Of a DNA stretch of 64,000 nt, positions 46,729 through 56,410 are shown in pieces. The notes below the pieces were generated by a model that was not told where the DNA came from, did not search any database, and saw only the letters and a program-made list of their open reading frames with translations. Origin of the DNA: Candidatus Omnitrophota bacterium (lineage in GTDB: Bacteria; Omnitrophota; Gorgyraeia; Duberdicusellales; 4484-171). The DNA is taken from assembly GCA_003154195.1 (NCBI GenBank), contig PMCS01000008.1, positions 143,366-207,365 on the forward strand. The letters are read 5' to 3'. How positions within the stretch are numbered: position 1 is the first letter of the stretch; every line of letters begins with the position of its first letter. Made by a program: the position numbers and the translations under genes.

Positions 46729-49023
46729 TTAGCACTTCGAATAACCACAGGCATCGCAGATAAGACAGCCTTCCTGATGCCGGAGGGCGAAACCGCACTC
46801 GGCGCAGACACCCACGATCGCGATAAGGTCGTTGTTAATACTTTTAGCAACCGATACCGTTTCTTCTCCCGGCTGTTCCACCATAGCCTCGACGCTAACC
46901 TCTTCTTTCTGGTCGATGGCGCGTTTTTCCAGAACCCGGGCAATAGCGTCGGCGCAGGAAAATATCTTTTTACCGCTGGTCCAGGAAGGAGACGGACACC
47001 TTATCCCTTTAAGCTGTTCGATAACGACTTTCATGTCGATACCGCCGCGCAGCGCCAGGGAAATCAACCGGCCGATTGCTTCCAGCTGGCTGGCGGCGCA
47101 TCCGCCGGCTTTGCCCATCTGGGTGAAAACTTCGAAAAACTCTCCGTCCTGGCCATGGTTGATCGTCACGTAAAGATTGCCGCAACCGGTAGTAACCTTT
47201 GTGGTGGTCCCCAAAATCACTTCCGGCCGCGGCCTCGGAAAAGCGATAGAATAAACCTGTTTATTATCCGCTTTAATTTCTTTCTTATCTTCTTTTTTCT
47301 TGTCGACCGTCAAGACCTGGACGCTGCGGCTGCCGTCACGGTAAACCGTAATCCCCTTACACCCTAATTTATAGGAAAGCAGGTAGGTCTCCTTTACGTC
47401 TTCAACCGTAGCACAATTGGGAAGATTTATTGTTTTAGAAACGGCATTATCGGTATACTCCTGAAAAGCCGCCTGGTGTTTGATATGCCAGAAAGAACTT
47501 ATTTCCATCGCCGTTTTGAAAACTTTCTTGATTTTTTCGGGGATTTCCTTCATTGTCTGGATACTCTCACCCGAGGCGATTCTTTTCATTATCTCCGGCG
47601 TATAACAACCTTCTTTTTTCATCACATATTCAAAGGCGGGGTCGACTTCCAGAAGCTTTTCGCCGTCAAGAACATTACGGAAATAACATAAAGAAAAATT
47701 CGGCTCGATGCCGCTTGATGTCGGACCGGCGATAATACTGATCGTGCCGGTAGGCGCTACCGTAGTAAGGGTGGCGTTTCTTATTTTGATATTACGCGCT
47801 TCCCAAATACTCCCTTTCCATGACGGAAATAGCCCTCTCTCCTTAGCCAGCGCTACCGACTCCTCTTTTGCCGAACTGTAGATGAAAGACATTATCTTTT
47901 TACCTAAAACAATCGATTCATCGCCGTCATAAGGAATACCCATAAATCCCAGCATGGTTGCCCAGCCCATAATTCCCAAACCGATTTTGCGTGTCCTTAA
48001 AGTGTTTTCCTTTATTTCCTCGAGCGGAAATTTATTAGTATCGATAACGTTATCTAAAAATCGGACGGCAACCCTGGTAACCCGATCCAGCTTATCCCAG
48101 TCAACACTAAAGGCGCCGGCGGCCTCTTGGATACAGCGCGTTAAATTGACGGAACCGAGATTACAGGATTCAAAAGGAAGCAACGGCTGTTCGCCGCAAG
48201 GATTGGTGCTTTCGATATTACCTAAATGAGGCGTGGGATTAGCTTCATTGATCCGGTCGATAAAAACGATTCCCGGTTCGCCGTTACGATGGGCGTACAG
48301 GGCGATTAAATCAAAAACTTCGCGGGCATTTTGCCGGCAAATGATTTCTTTAGTCCGCGGGTCGATAAGGTCATATTCCCCGCCTTTTAAAACTTGTTCC
48401 ATGAATTCATTAGTGATGGCGATGGAAATATTAAAATTGGAGATATCGCCTTCGGTCTCTTTGCATTTGATAAATTCTAAAACATCGGGATGGTCGACGC
48501 GCAGGATTCCCATATTGGCGCCGCGGCGCGTTCCACCTTGTTTTACCGCCTGGGTGGCCGCGTCGAAAACTTTCATGAAAGAAACCGGGCCGCTGGCGAC
48601 GCCGCCGGTCGATTTAACCACGCTGTTTTTGGAACGCAGCCGCGAGAAACTGAAACCCGTTCCGCCGCCGGTCTTATGGATAAGCGCGGTGGCCTTTATC
48701 GCGTCGAAAATCGATTCCATGGAATCTTCTATTGGGACCACGAAGCAGGCGGAAAGCTGGCCTAAATCTTTGCCCGCATTCATCAGTGTCGGCGAGTTGG
48801 GCACAAATTCAAGGTTGGCCATCGTTTCGAAAAATTGCTTTTTTATTTCTTCGACTTTATCTTTCTTGGCGCCGTAGCGTCTTTCGGTAAGGGCGATGGC
48901 TTCAGCGACGCGTTCGAGCATTTCACGCGGCGTTTCCTGAGGCTGGCCGTTTTCGTCTTTAGAAAGATAACGTTTTTTCAAAACAATGAGAGCGTTGGAA
49001 GAAAAGTTTAAATTATCATCCAT
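46729..49023 (-). CDS. nrdJ: adenosylcobalamin-dependent (class II) ribonucleotide reductase
   Basis: 764 aa; class II RNR core and a C-terminal Cys-rich finger CAECGFALRHQEGCLICDACGYSKC; GAGGAG SD. Confidence 0.9.
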   Translation of the reverse strand: MDDNLNFSSNALIVLKKRYLSKDENGQPQETPREMLERVAEAIALTERRYGAKKDKVEEIKKQFFETMANLEFVPNSPTLMNAGKDLGQLSACFVVPIEDSMESIFDAIKATALIHKTGGGTGFSFSRLRSKNSVVKSTGGVASGPVSFMKVFDAATQAVKQGGTRRGANMGILRVDHPDVLEFIKCKETEGDISNFNISIAITNEFMEQVLKGGEYDLIDPRTKEIICRQNAREVFDLIALYAHRNGEPGIVFIDRINEANPTPHLGNIESTNPCGEQPLLPFESCNLGSVNLTRCIQEAAGAFSVDWDKLDRVTRVAVRFLDNVIDTNKFPLEEIKENTLRTRKIGLGIMGWATMLGFMGIPYDGDESIVLGKKIMSFIYSSAKEESVALAKERGLFPSWKGSIWEARNIKIRNATLTTVAPTGTISIIAGPTSSGIEPNFSLCYFRNVLDGEKLLEVDPAFEYVMKKEGCYTPEIMKRIASGESIQTMKEIPEKIKKVFKTAMEISSFWHIKHQAAFQEYTDNAVSKTINLPNCATVEDVKETYLLSYKLGCKGITVYRDGSRSVQVLTVDKKKEDKKEIKADNKQVYSIAFPRPRPEVILGTTTKVTTGCGNLYVTINHGQDGEFFEVFTQMGKAGGCAASQLEAIGRLISLALRGGIDMKVVIEQLKGIRCPSPSWTSGKKIFSCADAIARVLEKRAIDQKEEVSVEAMVEQPGEETVSVAKSINNDLIAIVGVCAECGFALRHQEGCLICDACGYSKC

Positions 49024-49051
49024 GACAAACTCCTCTTAATTTTTTCGCAAA

Positions 49052-49084
49052 CAAATTGTTTCGCAATCCTTGCGAAACAATTTG
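49052..49084. promoter_or_regulatory. perfect 15-bp inverted repeat (NrdR-box-like AACAAATTGTT core) 30-60 nt upstream of the nrdJ start
   Basis: caaattgtttcgcaa-tcc-ttgcgaaacaatttg; overlapping near-palindrome cgcaaacaaattgtttcgc. Confidence 0.45.
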
Positions 49085-49571
49085 GCGGTAAAAAACAAAT
49101 ATCAATAGTTTATTTTATATCACAGGGCACGGCGGGTGTCAAGAAAAATACTACATATTGTATCCACAGCTTATCCACTCACAATATATTGATAATTAAA
49201 GGATTATGCTCCCCTTTAAATTTAAGTAAGTTTTTTGCTGAAAATATTTTTGATTAATGAGACTTCGCCGTAATGAAACTTGCCCGGTATGCCGGGCTTA
49301 GTTGAATTATCAAGTCCGAAGTCCGTCAATTCGTTTAACGAATTGACGAGACCTCGCCATCTATGGGATGGCGGGGGCGCAGGATGAGGCGGTAGTCGAA
49401 CAATAAAACTTGCCCCGTACTCGGGGCTTAGTTTTATTGCCCAGCACTAATTTTGCTGTGGCAAAATTAGTGCTGGGCAGCGTAAACCACGACATCGGTT
49501 GATGGTACTTCATGGAGTAGGATTTTAAAAAAATCGTCAAACGTACCTGAGGTTTACGCGGCCGGGCTTGG

Positions 49572-50570
49572 TCAATGGAAACTCACTGTATCTCTCATCA
49601 CCAATTCCGTATCCAGAACAATTTTCTTAACTACAGCGTTTTTATTCTTTACTGCTTCGTCTAAAATATCGACGGCGGCCGCGCACATCGCCGACAAAGG
49701 CTGCCTTACTGTGGTAAGCGCGAGGCTGCCCCAATGATAATTGGGATTATCGTCAAAACCGATTACGCTTAAATCTTTGGGGATAGTTATTTTATTTTCT
49801 TCGGCAAAGGTTATCACCTCGCCCGCTACTTCGTCGCTGCAACATAAAATAGCCGTAGGCGGTTCAGACCCGGAAAATAACTCACCCAGCCTTTCCCGCG
49901 CTTCTTTGCGCGAAAAATTTGTTACCTTAATATAAGTGTCTTTTACCGGTATCCCGTTTTTCTGTAAAGCATTCTTGTACCCATCAAGACGTTCCGCGGC
50001 GCATTGCACGTGAAGATTTCCCGCTAAATGAGCAATTTTTTTATGGCCGTGGTTCAACAAAAACTCCGTTGCGTCATAGCTTCCCTTAAAGTTATTTATC
50101 GCTACATAATTAACATTTTCGGCGTCAAGTTTTTTATTCATCACTACGAACGGCAATCCTTCTTTGGCTATTCTCTCCATCTGGCTTTCGTTACCTAAAA
50201 CATCGGAAAAAATAATCCCGTCGACCAGAGAAGTCTTTAAACTATCTTTATTCCAGAAAACATGCAGCTGTAAATCTACCCCCTTGGCCGCCATCGAAAC
50301 AGCAACACTTCTTATTATTTCCATCGCATAATAAGAATAAAAAAGACCTTCGTAGCCGGGAATAACCAGGCTAAAAACGCCCAGCTTCCCCCCAGCCAAC
50401 CGTCGGGCATAAATAAAAGGCTGGTAATTAACTTCTTTAATAATTCGTTCGATTTTTCTGCGGCTGGATTCTTTCAAAAGGGAAGGATTATTGAAAAAGC
50501 GGGATACGCTGGCGATGGAAACGCCCGCTTTCTGCGCGACATCTTTAATGGTAATTTTGGGAGTGCCCAC
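49572..50570 (-). CDS. LacI-family transcriptional regulator
   Basis: 332 aa; N-terminal HTH ITIKDVAQKAGVSIASVSRFFN and a periplasmic-binding-protein-like sugar-binding domain. Confidence 0.85.
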   Translation of the reverse strand: MGTPKITIKDVAQKAGVSIASVSRFFNNPSLLKESSRRKIERIIKEVNYQPFIYARRLAGGKLGVFSLVIPGYEGLFYSYYAMEIIRSVAVSMAAKGVDLQLHVFWNKDSLKTSLVDGIIFSDVLGNESQMERIAKEGLPFVVMNKKLDAENVNYVAINNFKGSYDATEFLLNHGHKKIAHLAGNLHVQCAAERLDGYKNALQKNGIPVKDTYIKVTNFSRKEARERLGELFSGSEPPTAILCCSDEVAGEVITFAEENKITIPKDLSVIGFDDNPNYHWGSLALTTVRQPLSAMCAAAVDILDEAVKNKNAVVKKIVLDTELVMRDTVSFH

Positions 50571-50674
50571 TTTCCTGCCTTAATTTAATATAGCTTGTAG
50601 ATTATAGATAGTAGCTGTACCGGTTATCTGTACTATCTATCATCTATGAAAGGCAATTCTTAAATTACTCCAAG

Positions 50675-51913
50675 TTATTTACTGACTACCGTATCGCCTT
50701 CCTGGACGGTTGAGCCGCTTATTACATTCCTTACATCGGCCGCGGAGATTTCTTTCCTTGTTTCGATTATCTCGACATCAGCGATAGCTTTATCGCCGCG
50801 CATAACTTTCATGCTCATGCCCGGCTTCAGGCCGGCAGACTCTCCTATATCCATAACAATGAATTTTTCTTCCTGGTTTACCGCGATAATCGAACCCTTT
50901 GCCCCCTTGACCCCTGAAATTTCCGGTTTTACCACAATCGGAGGCAATTCCACGGAAGCAGACCCGCTGCCGACGCCGGAATCTTTTGTCCTGATCGCGC
51001 TTTTTAAATCTTCCTGCAATTCTCCCAAAGCAAGCGTTTTTTGTTTAAAAACATTTTCTACTTCCGTAATCCTCTTATCTAAATTATCCTTCTTATCCTG
51101 GATATCTTTAATGGCATTCTGAAGCTGGGTTCTTTCTTTGTTGGCCATAATCAACTCTCTTTTAAGATTAAGATTGTCTTCGCGCATTTTAGTCAGCTCA
51201 TCGCTGGCTACCTTGCGAGTTTCTCTTTCATTGACCAGATCCCTGCTCATAATATCCATGCTGCGCTCTTTGTATTGGAGATCCTGCTCAAGGCGGGTTT
51301 TTTCTTTATTGAGGTCGTCAATCTTCAAGGTTAATTCCTGGTTGGTCCGTTCTAATCCTACTATCTGGTTCTTGGTATCCAAAAGTTCCCTGGTTATTGA
51401 ATCAAACTTTGCTTCCAACTCGGCTTTCGTCCTAACCACGTCAGCCCAGTAATCTTCTCCGGAAATCTTGCTTTCCTCGGATTTTTTTTCTGGTTCTCCC
51501 TGGCCTCCCTCCGGCGCGGCCCCTGCGCCGGACGCAGCAGGCGGCTCTTTGACCGCCATCGACATGCCTGCTTTAGATTTCTTAATCTCTTCGACTAAAG
51601 CTTCTTTATCCTTGGAAATAGTTTCGTATCTATTTTTATAGGAATCTCTTTCTTTCTTAAGGGCATCAAGCTGGCCCATGGCCTGCCTGGTTTTGGCAAG
51701 CTCATTTTCTATGCCTTTTACCTTATCGTTGGCTTCGGCATACTTAGCCTGCCAATCATCTTTTTCTTTAATCAGCCGCGCCTTTTCGGATGTAAGTTCG
51801 TCATTTTGCGTTTTTAAAACCTGGTTATCGCCCGCAAATTTAAAAACAGCCGCGCCGCCGACTAAAAGCACCAGAACAAATAAGACAAGAAAAATTATTC
51901 TTGTTTTATCCAT
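50675..51913 (-). CDS. membrane-anchored coiled-coil protein with C-terminal beta-rich domain
   Basis: 412 aa; N-terminal TM IIFLVLFVLVLLVGGAAVF, about 280 aa of heptad-rich coiled coil (many E/K/L), a Gly/Ala/Pro linker, then a C-terminal about 80-aa SAF/SH3-like segment. Function unknown. Confidence 0.6.
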   Translation of the reverse strand: MDKTRIIFLVLFVLVLLVGGAAVFKFAGDNQVLKTQNDELTSEKARLIKEKDDWQAKYAEANDKVKGIENELAKTRQAMGQLDALKKERDSYKNRYETISKDKEALVEEIKKSKAGMSMAVKEPPAASGAGAAPEGGQGEPEKKSEESKISGEDYWADVVRTKAELEAKFDSITRELLDTKNQIVGLERTNQELTLKIDDLNKEKTRLEQDLQYKERSMDIMSRDLVNERETRKVASDELTKMREDNLNLKRELIMANKERTQLQNAIKDIQDKKDNLDKRITEVENVFKQKTLALGELQEDLKSAIRTKDSGVGSGSASVELPPIVVKPEISGVKGAKGSIIAVNQEEKFIVMDIGESAGLKPGMSMKVMRGDKAIADVEIIETRKEISAADVRNVISGSTVQEGDTVVSK

Positions 51914-52029
51914 TAATCCTCCCTTTCACGAATAGTTGACTCAAGAAAATGCAATAAAAAATTGCATTTTTCCCATTAATTTCGATTATAACATATAAAT
52001 AATTCGTGTAAAGAGCTTTATAATATATT

Positions 52030-52992
52030 TCACAGATCATCCAGGGCAAGCATTGCCGCGCCAAGAACGGTCGCGTTTCTCCCTAAAGCGGAATAAGTAA
52101 GCTTTAAATTTTTTCTCATCTCGCTGAAAGTAAAATCTTTCACGCAGGCAATACAATCATCTAAAAAGAAATCAGGCGCTTCTTCCAACCCCCCCCCGAT
52201 AACGACTACTTCGGGATTAAGCATGTTGACCAGAAAGGAAATCTTGGCGGCCAAAGCCGTTGCCGCCTCTTTAAGAATTCCCCGGCTTAATTTATCTTTT
52301 TTTGCCTCTTCGAAAATATCGGCCAGCGAAAGCTCGCCGGTCGAAGTTATCCTTTTAATAAGGGAAGTCCCTTCGCCGCGGGCGATGAGTTCTTTTGCCT
52401 TCTTAACCATGTCCAAGTCAGCGTGCCATTTCTTAAGAAAAGAAAGGTCTCCCAGACAAGAAGCATGCGCCTCTCTTAAATTTATAAACAGCTCGCCGGC
52501 GGCGCCATCTTTACCTCTATATAATTTACCGTTAATGACAATCCCCATCCCCACGCCGGAAAACATATAGAGCATATCTTCATGCCTGGAAAAATTAAGC
52601 TGGTGCTCGGCAAAAGCGCAGGCATTGGCGTCGTTTTCTAAAATCACCGGAAATCCGAATTTTTTTTCCAGATATTCCTGAAGCGGCAAAGCGATATAAA
52701 CATAAGTAGATTTTTGTTTTTGCGGCCAGTAGACTATTCCTTTATCGTGGACAATTCCCCCTAAGGCAACCCCGACTCGTGCGATATTTTTTTTGTCTTT
52801 ACGCGCTTCGGCAATAACTTCCTCAAATAGCTCTATCAGCACCTCAATCGTTTCATTGGCATCTACTTTATTTCTTTTTTTCTGGATTTGCGCTATAACC
52901 TTACGGTCATCGCGCAAAACCACCGCCCTGGCATCAAAAAGATTAAGGCCGATACCGATCGAACATTTAGATTCCATATCGTTCTCCTTCAA
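52030..52992 (-). CDS. ROK-family sugar kinase or regulator
   Basis: 320 aa; N-terminal GIGLNLFDARAVV, ILENDANACAFAE and GMGIVING motifs typical of ROK glucokinase/NagC family members. Confidence 0.6.
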   Translation of the reverse strand: MKENDMESKCSIGIGLNLFDARAVVLRDDRKVIAQIQKKRNKVDANETIEVLIELFEEVIAEARKDKKNIARVGVALGGIVHDKGIVYWPQKQKSTYVYIALPLQEYLEKKFGFPVILENDANACAFAEHQLNFSRHEDMLYMFSGVGMGIVINGKLYRGKDGAAGELFINLREAHASCLGDLSFLKKWHADLDMVKKAKELIARGEGTSLIKRITSTGELSLADIFEEAKKDKLSRGILKEAATALAAKISFLVNMLNPEVVVIGGGLEEAPDFFLDDCIACVKDFTFSEMRKNLKLTYSALGRNATVLGAAMLALDDL

Positions 52993-53144
52993 GAAAAATC
53001 TGCCTCTCCCAAAAAGCTAAGCAGATACAACGCCGAGAAAACCGATGATTTAGACAAGCAGTCAACAATAGAATACCAGATTTATAGTTTTTATCAATAA
53101 AGAAACCGGGTATGGCGCCGGATAGACGATTCCTGCAAATAAAC

Positions 53145-54071
53145 TTATTTCTCCACCCTGAACTTAGCGTTCATCATTGCATCGTTCGGCCGGGATTTCC
53201 ACCGGCGGTGAATCCAGCTCCATTGCGAAGGAACATCGCGAATCCACCCCTCGATTATGCGCGTAAACTTTATCGCGTTTAAAAGTATCGTTTCATTATT
53301 ATCTTCCTTTAAAATAAGATTTTCGGCGGGAAATATCTTTAAACAATGCTGCCCCGGCTTTTGTGAAGATATATACGCGGGAACAACGGCAGCCTGTGTG
53401 CGCAAAGCAAAAACAATAGGGCCGATGGGAGTAGCGGCGAGTTCGCCAAAAAACTTGACCCATACTCCGCCGGTGCCAAAGTTCTGATCCATCAGCATCA
53501 CGACAATTTCATTGTCACGCAACGCCTTTATGGTATTCTTAACGCACTCTTGCCGCGGAAAGGAAAGAATGGTTTTTATACCCGCCCGGTCGCGCAAACT
53601 TTGGATATAGTCGCCGGTTTTTTCATCGCGCATCGGCCGTGCCATGACATTCACGGTATAACCTTCCTTTACCAGCTTAAGCAGGAGTAAAGGAAAATTA
53701 CCCAGATGGGCGGTAAGGATAAGCACACCTTTATTCCGGCACAGCGCCGCGTCGAGATATTCCTTGCCTTCAATCGTAATACGCGCGATTTCGTCAGGAT
53801 GCTGCAGGAAATATACCGATTCAAAAGACCATTGCGCCATATACCGGAATACATCCCCGGCTATCTTTTCTTTTTCTTTCTGCGCCATCCCGGGAAAAGC
53901 AATCGTCAGACCTTCCCTGGCGAATTTTCGGTGGGGGGTAAGCCAATAGGCGATACGCGCGATAAATGCGCCTACGGCATAGGAAACTTTCAAGGAAAAC
54001 AATCCATTCAAAAAAAGAAAAAGATTAAATGCCAGTTCGCTGGATTTACGTCTTAAAAATTTATTATCCAT
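53145..54071 (-). CDS. lipid A biosynthesis late acyltransferase (LpxL/HtrB/MsbB family)
   Basis: 308 aa; N-terminal membrane anchor, catalytic-region motif LILTAHLGNF (HX4D-like acyltransferase box) and PGQHCL. Confidence 0.65.
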   Translation of the reverse strand: MDNKFLRRKSSELAFNLFLFLNGLFSLKVSYAVGAFIARIAYWLTPHRKFAREGLTIAFPGMAQKEKEKIAGDVFRYMAQWSFESVYFLQHPDEIARITIEGKEYLDAALCRNKGVLILTAHLGNFPLLLLKLVKEGYTVNVMARPMRDEKTGDYIQSLRDRAGIKTILSFPRQECVKNTIKALRDNEIVVMLMDQNFGTGGVWVKFFGELAATPIGPIVFALRTQAAVVPAYISSQKPGQHCLKIFPAENLILKEDNNETILLNAIKFTRIIEGWIRDVPSQWSWIHRRWKSRPNDAMMNAKFRVEK

Positions 54072-54583
54072 TATAGTTTATACCCGATCTTCCTTAATAA
54101 ATCTTTCCGCCATTTTATATCTTCGGAGCCTTCAATGCCTTTGGGCGAAGAACCATCGATCACCCCCATAATTCCCCTGCCCGATTGTGTTTGGGCAACA
54201 ATAACTTCCAGAGGATTAGCCGTGGCGCAAAAAATATTGCATACTTCGCTGAGGTTCTTCAACTGGTTTAAAATATTTATGGGGTAGACGTCTTTTAAAA
54301 TAAGGAGAAAAGAGTGGCCACAGCCAATCGCCTGAGCATTACCGACGGCGATTTTTTTCAGCGCCTCGTCATTGCCTTCGGCCCGGATGAGGCATTTGCC
54401 GCTGGCTTCGCAAAACGCCAGGCCGAATTTAGCGTTGGGGACGCTGGAAACAATCAGCTCATAAATATCTTCCACGGTCTTGATGAAATGCGTCTGGCCG
54501 ATGATAACATTCAATTCTTCGGGTTTATCGATTTTGACTGCCTCGAATTTTATTTCCATAACCCCCTCCAATATTTTCGCCAC
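54071..54583 (-). CDS. adenosine-specific-kinase-like (PF04008-like) protein
   Basis: 170 aa; the IGQTHFIKTVEDIYELI...FGLAFCEASGK...ANPLEVIVAQTQSGRGIMGVIDG pattern resembles the adenosine-specific kinase family as I recall it. Weak. Confidence 0.4.
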   Translation of the reverse strand: MAKILEGVMEIKFEAVKIDKPEELNVIIGQTHFIKTVEDIYELIVSSVPNAKFGLAFCEASGKCLIRAEGNDEALKKIAVGNAQAIGCGHSFLLILKDVYPINILNQLKNLSEVCNIFCATANPLEVIVAQTQSGRGIMGVIDGSSPKGIEGSEDIKWRKDLLRKIGYKL

Positions 54584-54636
54584 GAAAACACAAAGATTAT
54601 TAATTAGGCCAATTTAATTTTAAAATAAATTGGCCA

Positions 54637-56121
54637 TTAGTCTATGGTTTTTCTTTGTGGCAAAATCTTCTCTGATTTATATCTTATTTTGATAACAGAA
54701 AAAATCAATAGAAATAATAAGCAGGCTGCGGAAAATAATTCCGGAAAGCGGTTAAAAAAGCTCCTTCCTTTATTCAAGGGCAGTTTAAAACTCCACGCGC
54801 CACGGCAAAATGTCTCCTTGCCGTTGCGGTTAAATTTATTTACGCGCCCATAGAAATCGGCATACCCCGATATGCCGGTGTTGGCGCACCGGGCAATAGA
54901 AATCCGGTTCTCCATCGCCCGTATCGCCATAATCGCCAGATGTTGGCTTGCCTCCGGCTCGCCATGAAACCACTCGTCGTTGGTGATATTGACGAGAAAA
55001 TCGCTTTTGGCCGCAAAGCGCGCGGCAAAAACCGGCGGCGTATCTTCAAAACAAATCAGAACGCCGAAATTTTTTCCTTTCCAGGAAAAAATCTTATCCT
55101 CGCTGCCGCGCTGCATATCGCCCAGCTCGTTAAGCACTTCGATGAAACTGAATACTTTACGCAAAGGGACATATTCGCCAAACGGCACCAGTTTTATCTT
55201 CTGGTACTCGCCCCGGAAACACCCGCATTTAGCAATCAGAAAACTGCTGTTGGTAAATTGATTATTCCGGTAACCGATCGCCCCCATTAAAATATCGCGG
55301 CCGATATTTCTAGAAAAATCTTCGATGAGCCTCAATTCTTCATCGTGGACGAGCGCCGGCCAGGCGGCTTCGGGAAAAATGGCTAAAGAATCTTTATCGG
55401 TTTTAGCGCTTAATTCTTTTAGCCCTGCTAAAATATCGGATTTCTTGACGTCGCTCCGCTTCTCGCTTTCGGCGACATCCGGCTGGACAACCGACAAATC
55501 TATCGTATCGGCTATCTTCAGAGTATTTATTTTAAATAAGGAGTAAGCGACGCATGCCGCCATGATAAAAGAAAAAATAACGGTTTTCCTAGCCAGGTTT
55601 TTTTTCGCGGAGAAAAAATCGCCGATTAAAACATTGGCCGCGACGATTAAAAAAGAAATGAATTTAACACCGAATAAATCTACCGGTTGGACCAAATATA
55701 AATTGGTATATTGCGAATAGCCTAAGTTACCCCAACTGAATCCGCACCAGATACTTTCCTTAAGCAATTCCATGGCAACCCATAAACACGGCAAAGCGAT
55801 AAGCCGGAAAGGCCGGCCGCTGAAAAACCGGCCCAAAAGAAAAAATAGAACCTGGTAAAGCGCCAGATACCCCAGTAAAAAAACAAGCCCCAAAACGGTG
55901 ACGTGGCCGACCCAGAAAATCATCACGCCGAAAAAAACGTACCCGAAAATAAAACTATAGAACAGGCCTTCTTTTAAACGGCTCCGTGATTGTACGACAA
56001 AATACGGGGCGAGAGAAAACCAGATTAAAAAAGAAAAGGAAGGAAAATTAAAACTCAGGGCAGACGCTGCCGCGCTTAGAACAACAATTACTAGATTTTT
56101 AGAGTAAGTATTACTTTGCAT
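54637..56121 (-). CDS. lnt: apolipoprotein N-acyltransferase
   Basis: 494 aa; N-terminal polytopic membrane domain and a C-terminal CN-hydrolase domain with GVLICFEDTPP (catalytic Cys) and NDEWF. Confidence 0.85.
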   Translation of the reverse strand: MQSNTYSKNLVIVVLSAAASALSFNFPSFSFLIWFSLAPYFVVQSRSRLKEGLFYSFIFGYVFFGVMIFWVGHVTVLGLVFLLGYLALYQVLFFLLGRFFSGRPFRLIALPCLWVAMELLKESIWCGFSWGNLGYSQYTNLYLVQPVDLFGVKFISFLIVAANVLIGDFFSAKKNLARKTVIFSFIMAACVAYSLFKINTLKIADTIDLSVVQPDVAESEKRSDVKKSDILAGLKELSAKTDKDSLAIFPEAAWPALVHDEELRLIEDFSRNIGRDILMGAIGYRNNQFTNSSFLIAKCGCFRGEYQKIKLVPFGEYVPLRKVFSFIEVLNELGDMQRGSEDKIFSWKGKNFGVLICFEDTPPVFAARFAAKSDFLVNITNDEWFHGEPEASQHLAIMAIRAMENRISIARCANTGISGYADFYGRVNKFNRNGKETFCRGAWSFKLPLNKGRSFFNRFPELFSAACLLFLLIFSVIKIRYKSEKILPQRKTID

Positions 56122-56166
56122 AATAACGGAACGGAATTAAATCAGAAAAACAATAGAAAAAAATAT

Positions 56167-56410
56167 AGTCCACAGATTTCTCAGATTACTCAGATTGGTT
56201 TCCCCAGATTTTTCTTTTTGTTTCTAAAAACGGCACGCCGAAATTTAATAATAAACCTAAAATTTTATGCACCTCGATGGCGGCGCCGATTATTTTTTCG
56301 GTAATATCTTCATGCGGCCAGATTTTATCGTCATAGTTTCGAATATTTTTCTCCTAATCTTAATCTGTGACAATCTGAAAAATCTGTGGACAAAAATTTT
56401 TTGTTTTTAA
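56167..56410. repeat. family C intergenic element, copy 3 (expanded, ~240 nt)
   Basis: atagtccacagatttctcagattactcagattgg ... taatctgtgacaatctgaaaaatctgtggacaaaaattttttgtttttaa. Track ORF 56116..56304 inside it is probably spurious. Confidence 0.6.

Noticed and set aside
49024-49571. Cobalamin riboswitch in the nrdJ leader
   Set aside because: No B12-box-like consensus was seen; a B12-dependent RNR would not normally be repressed by B12.
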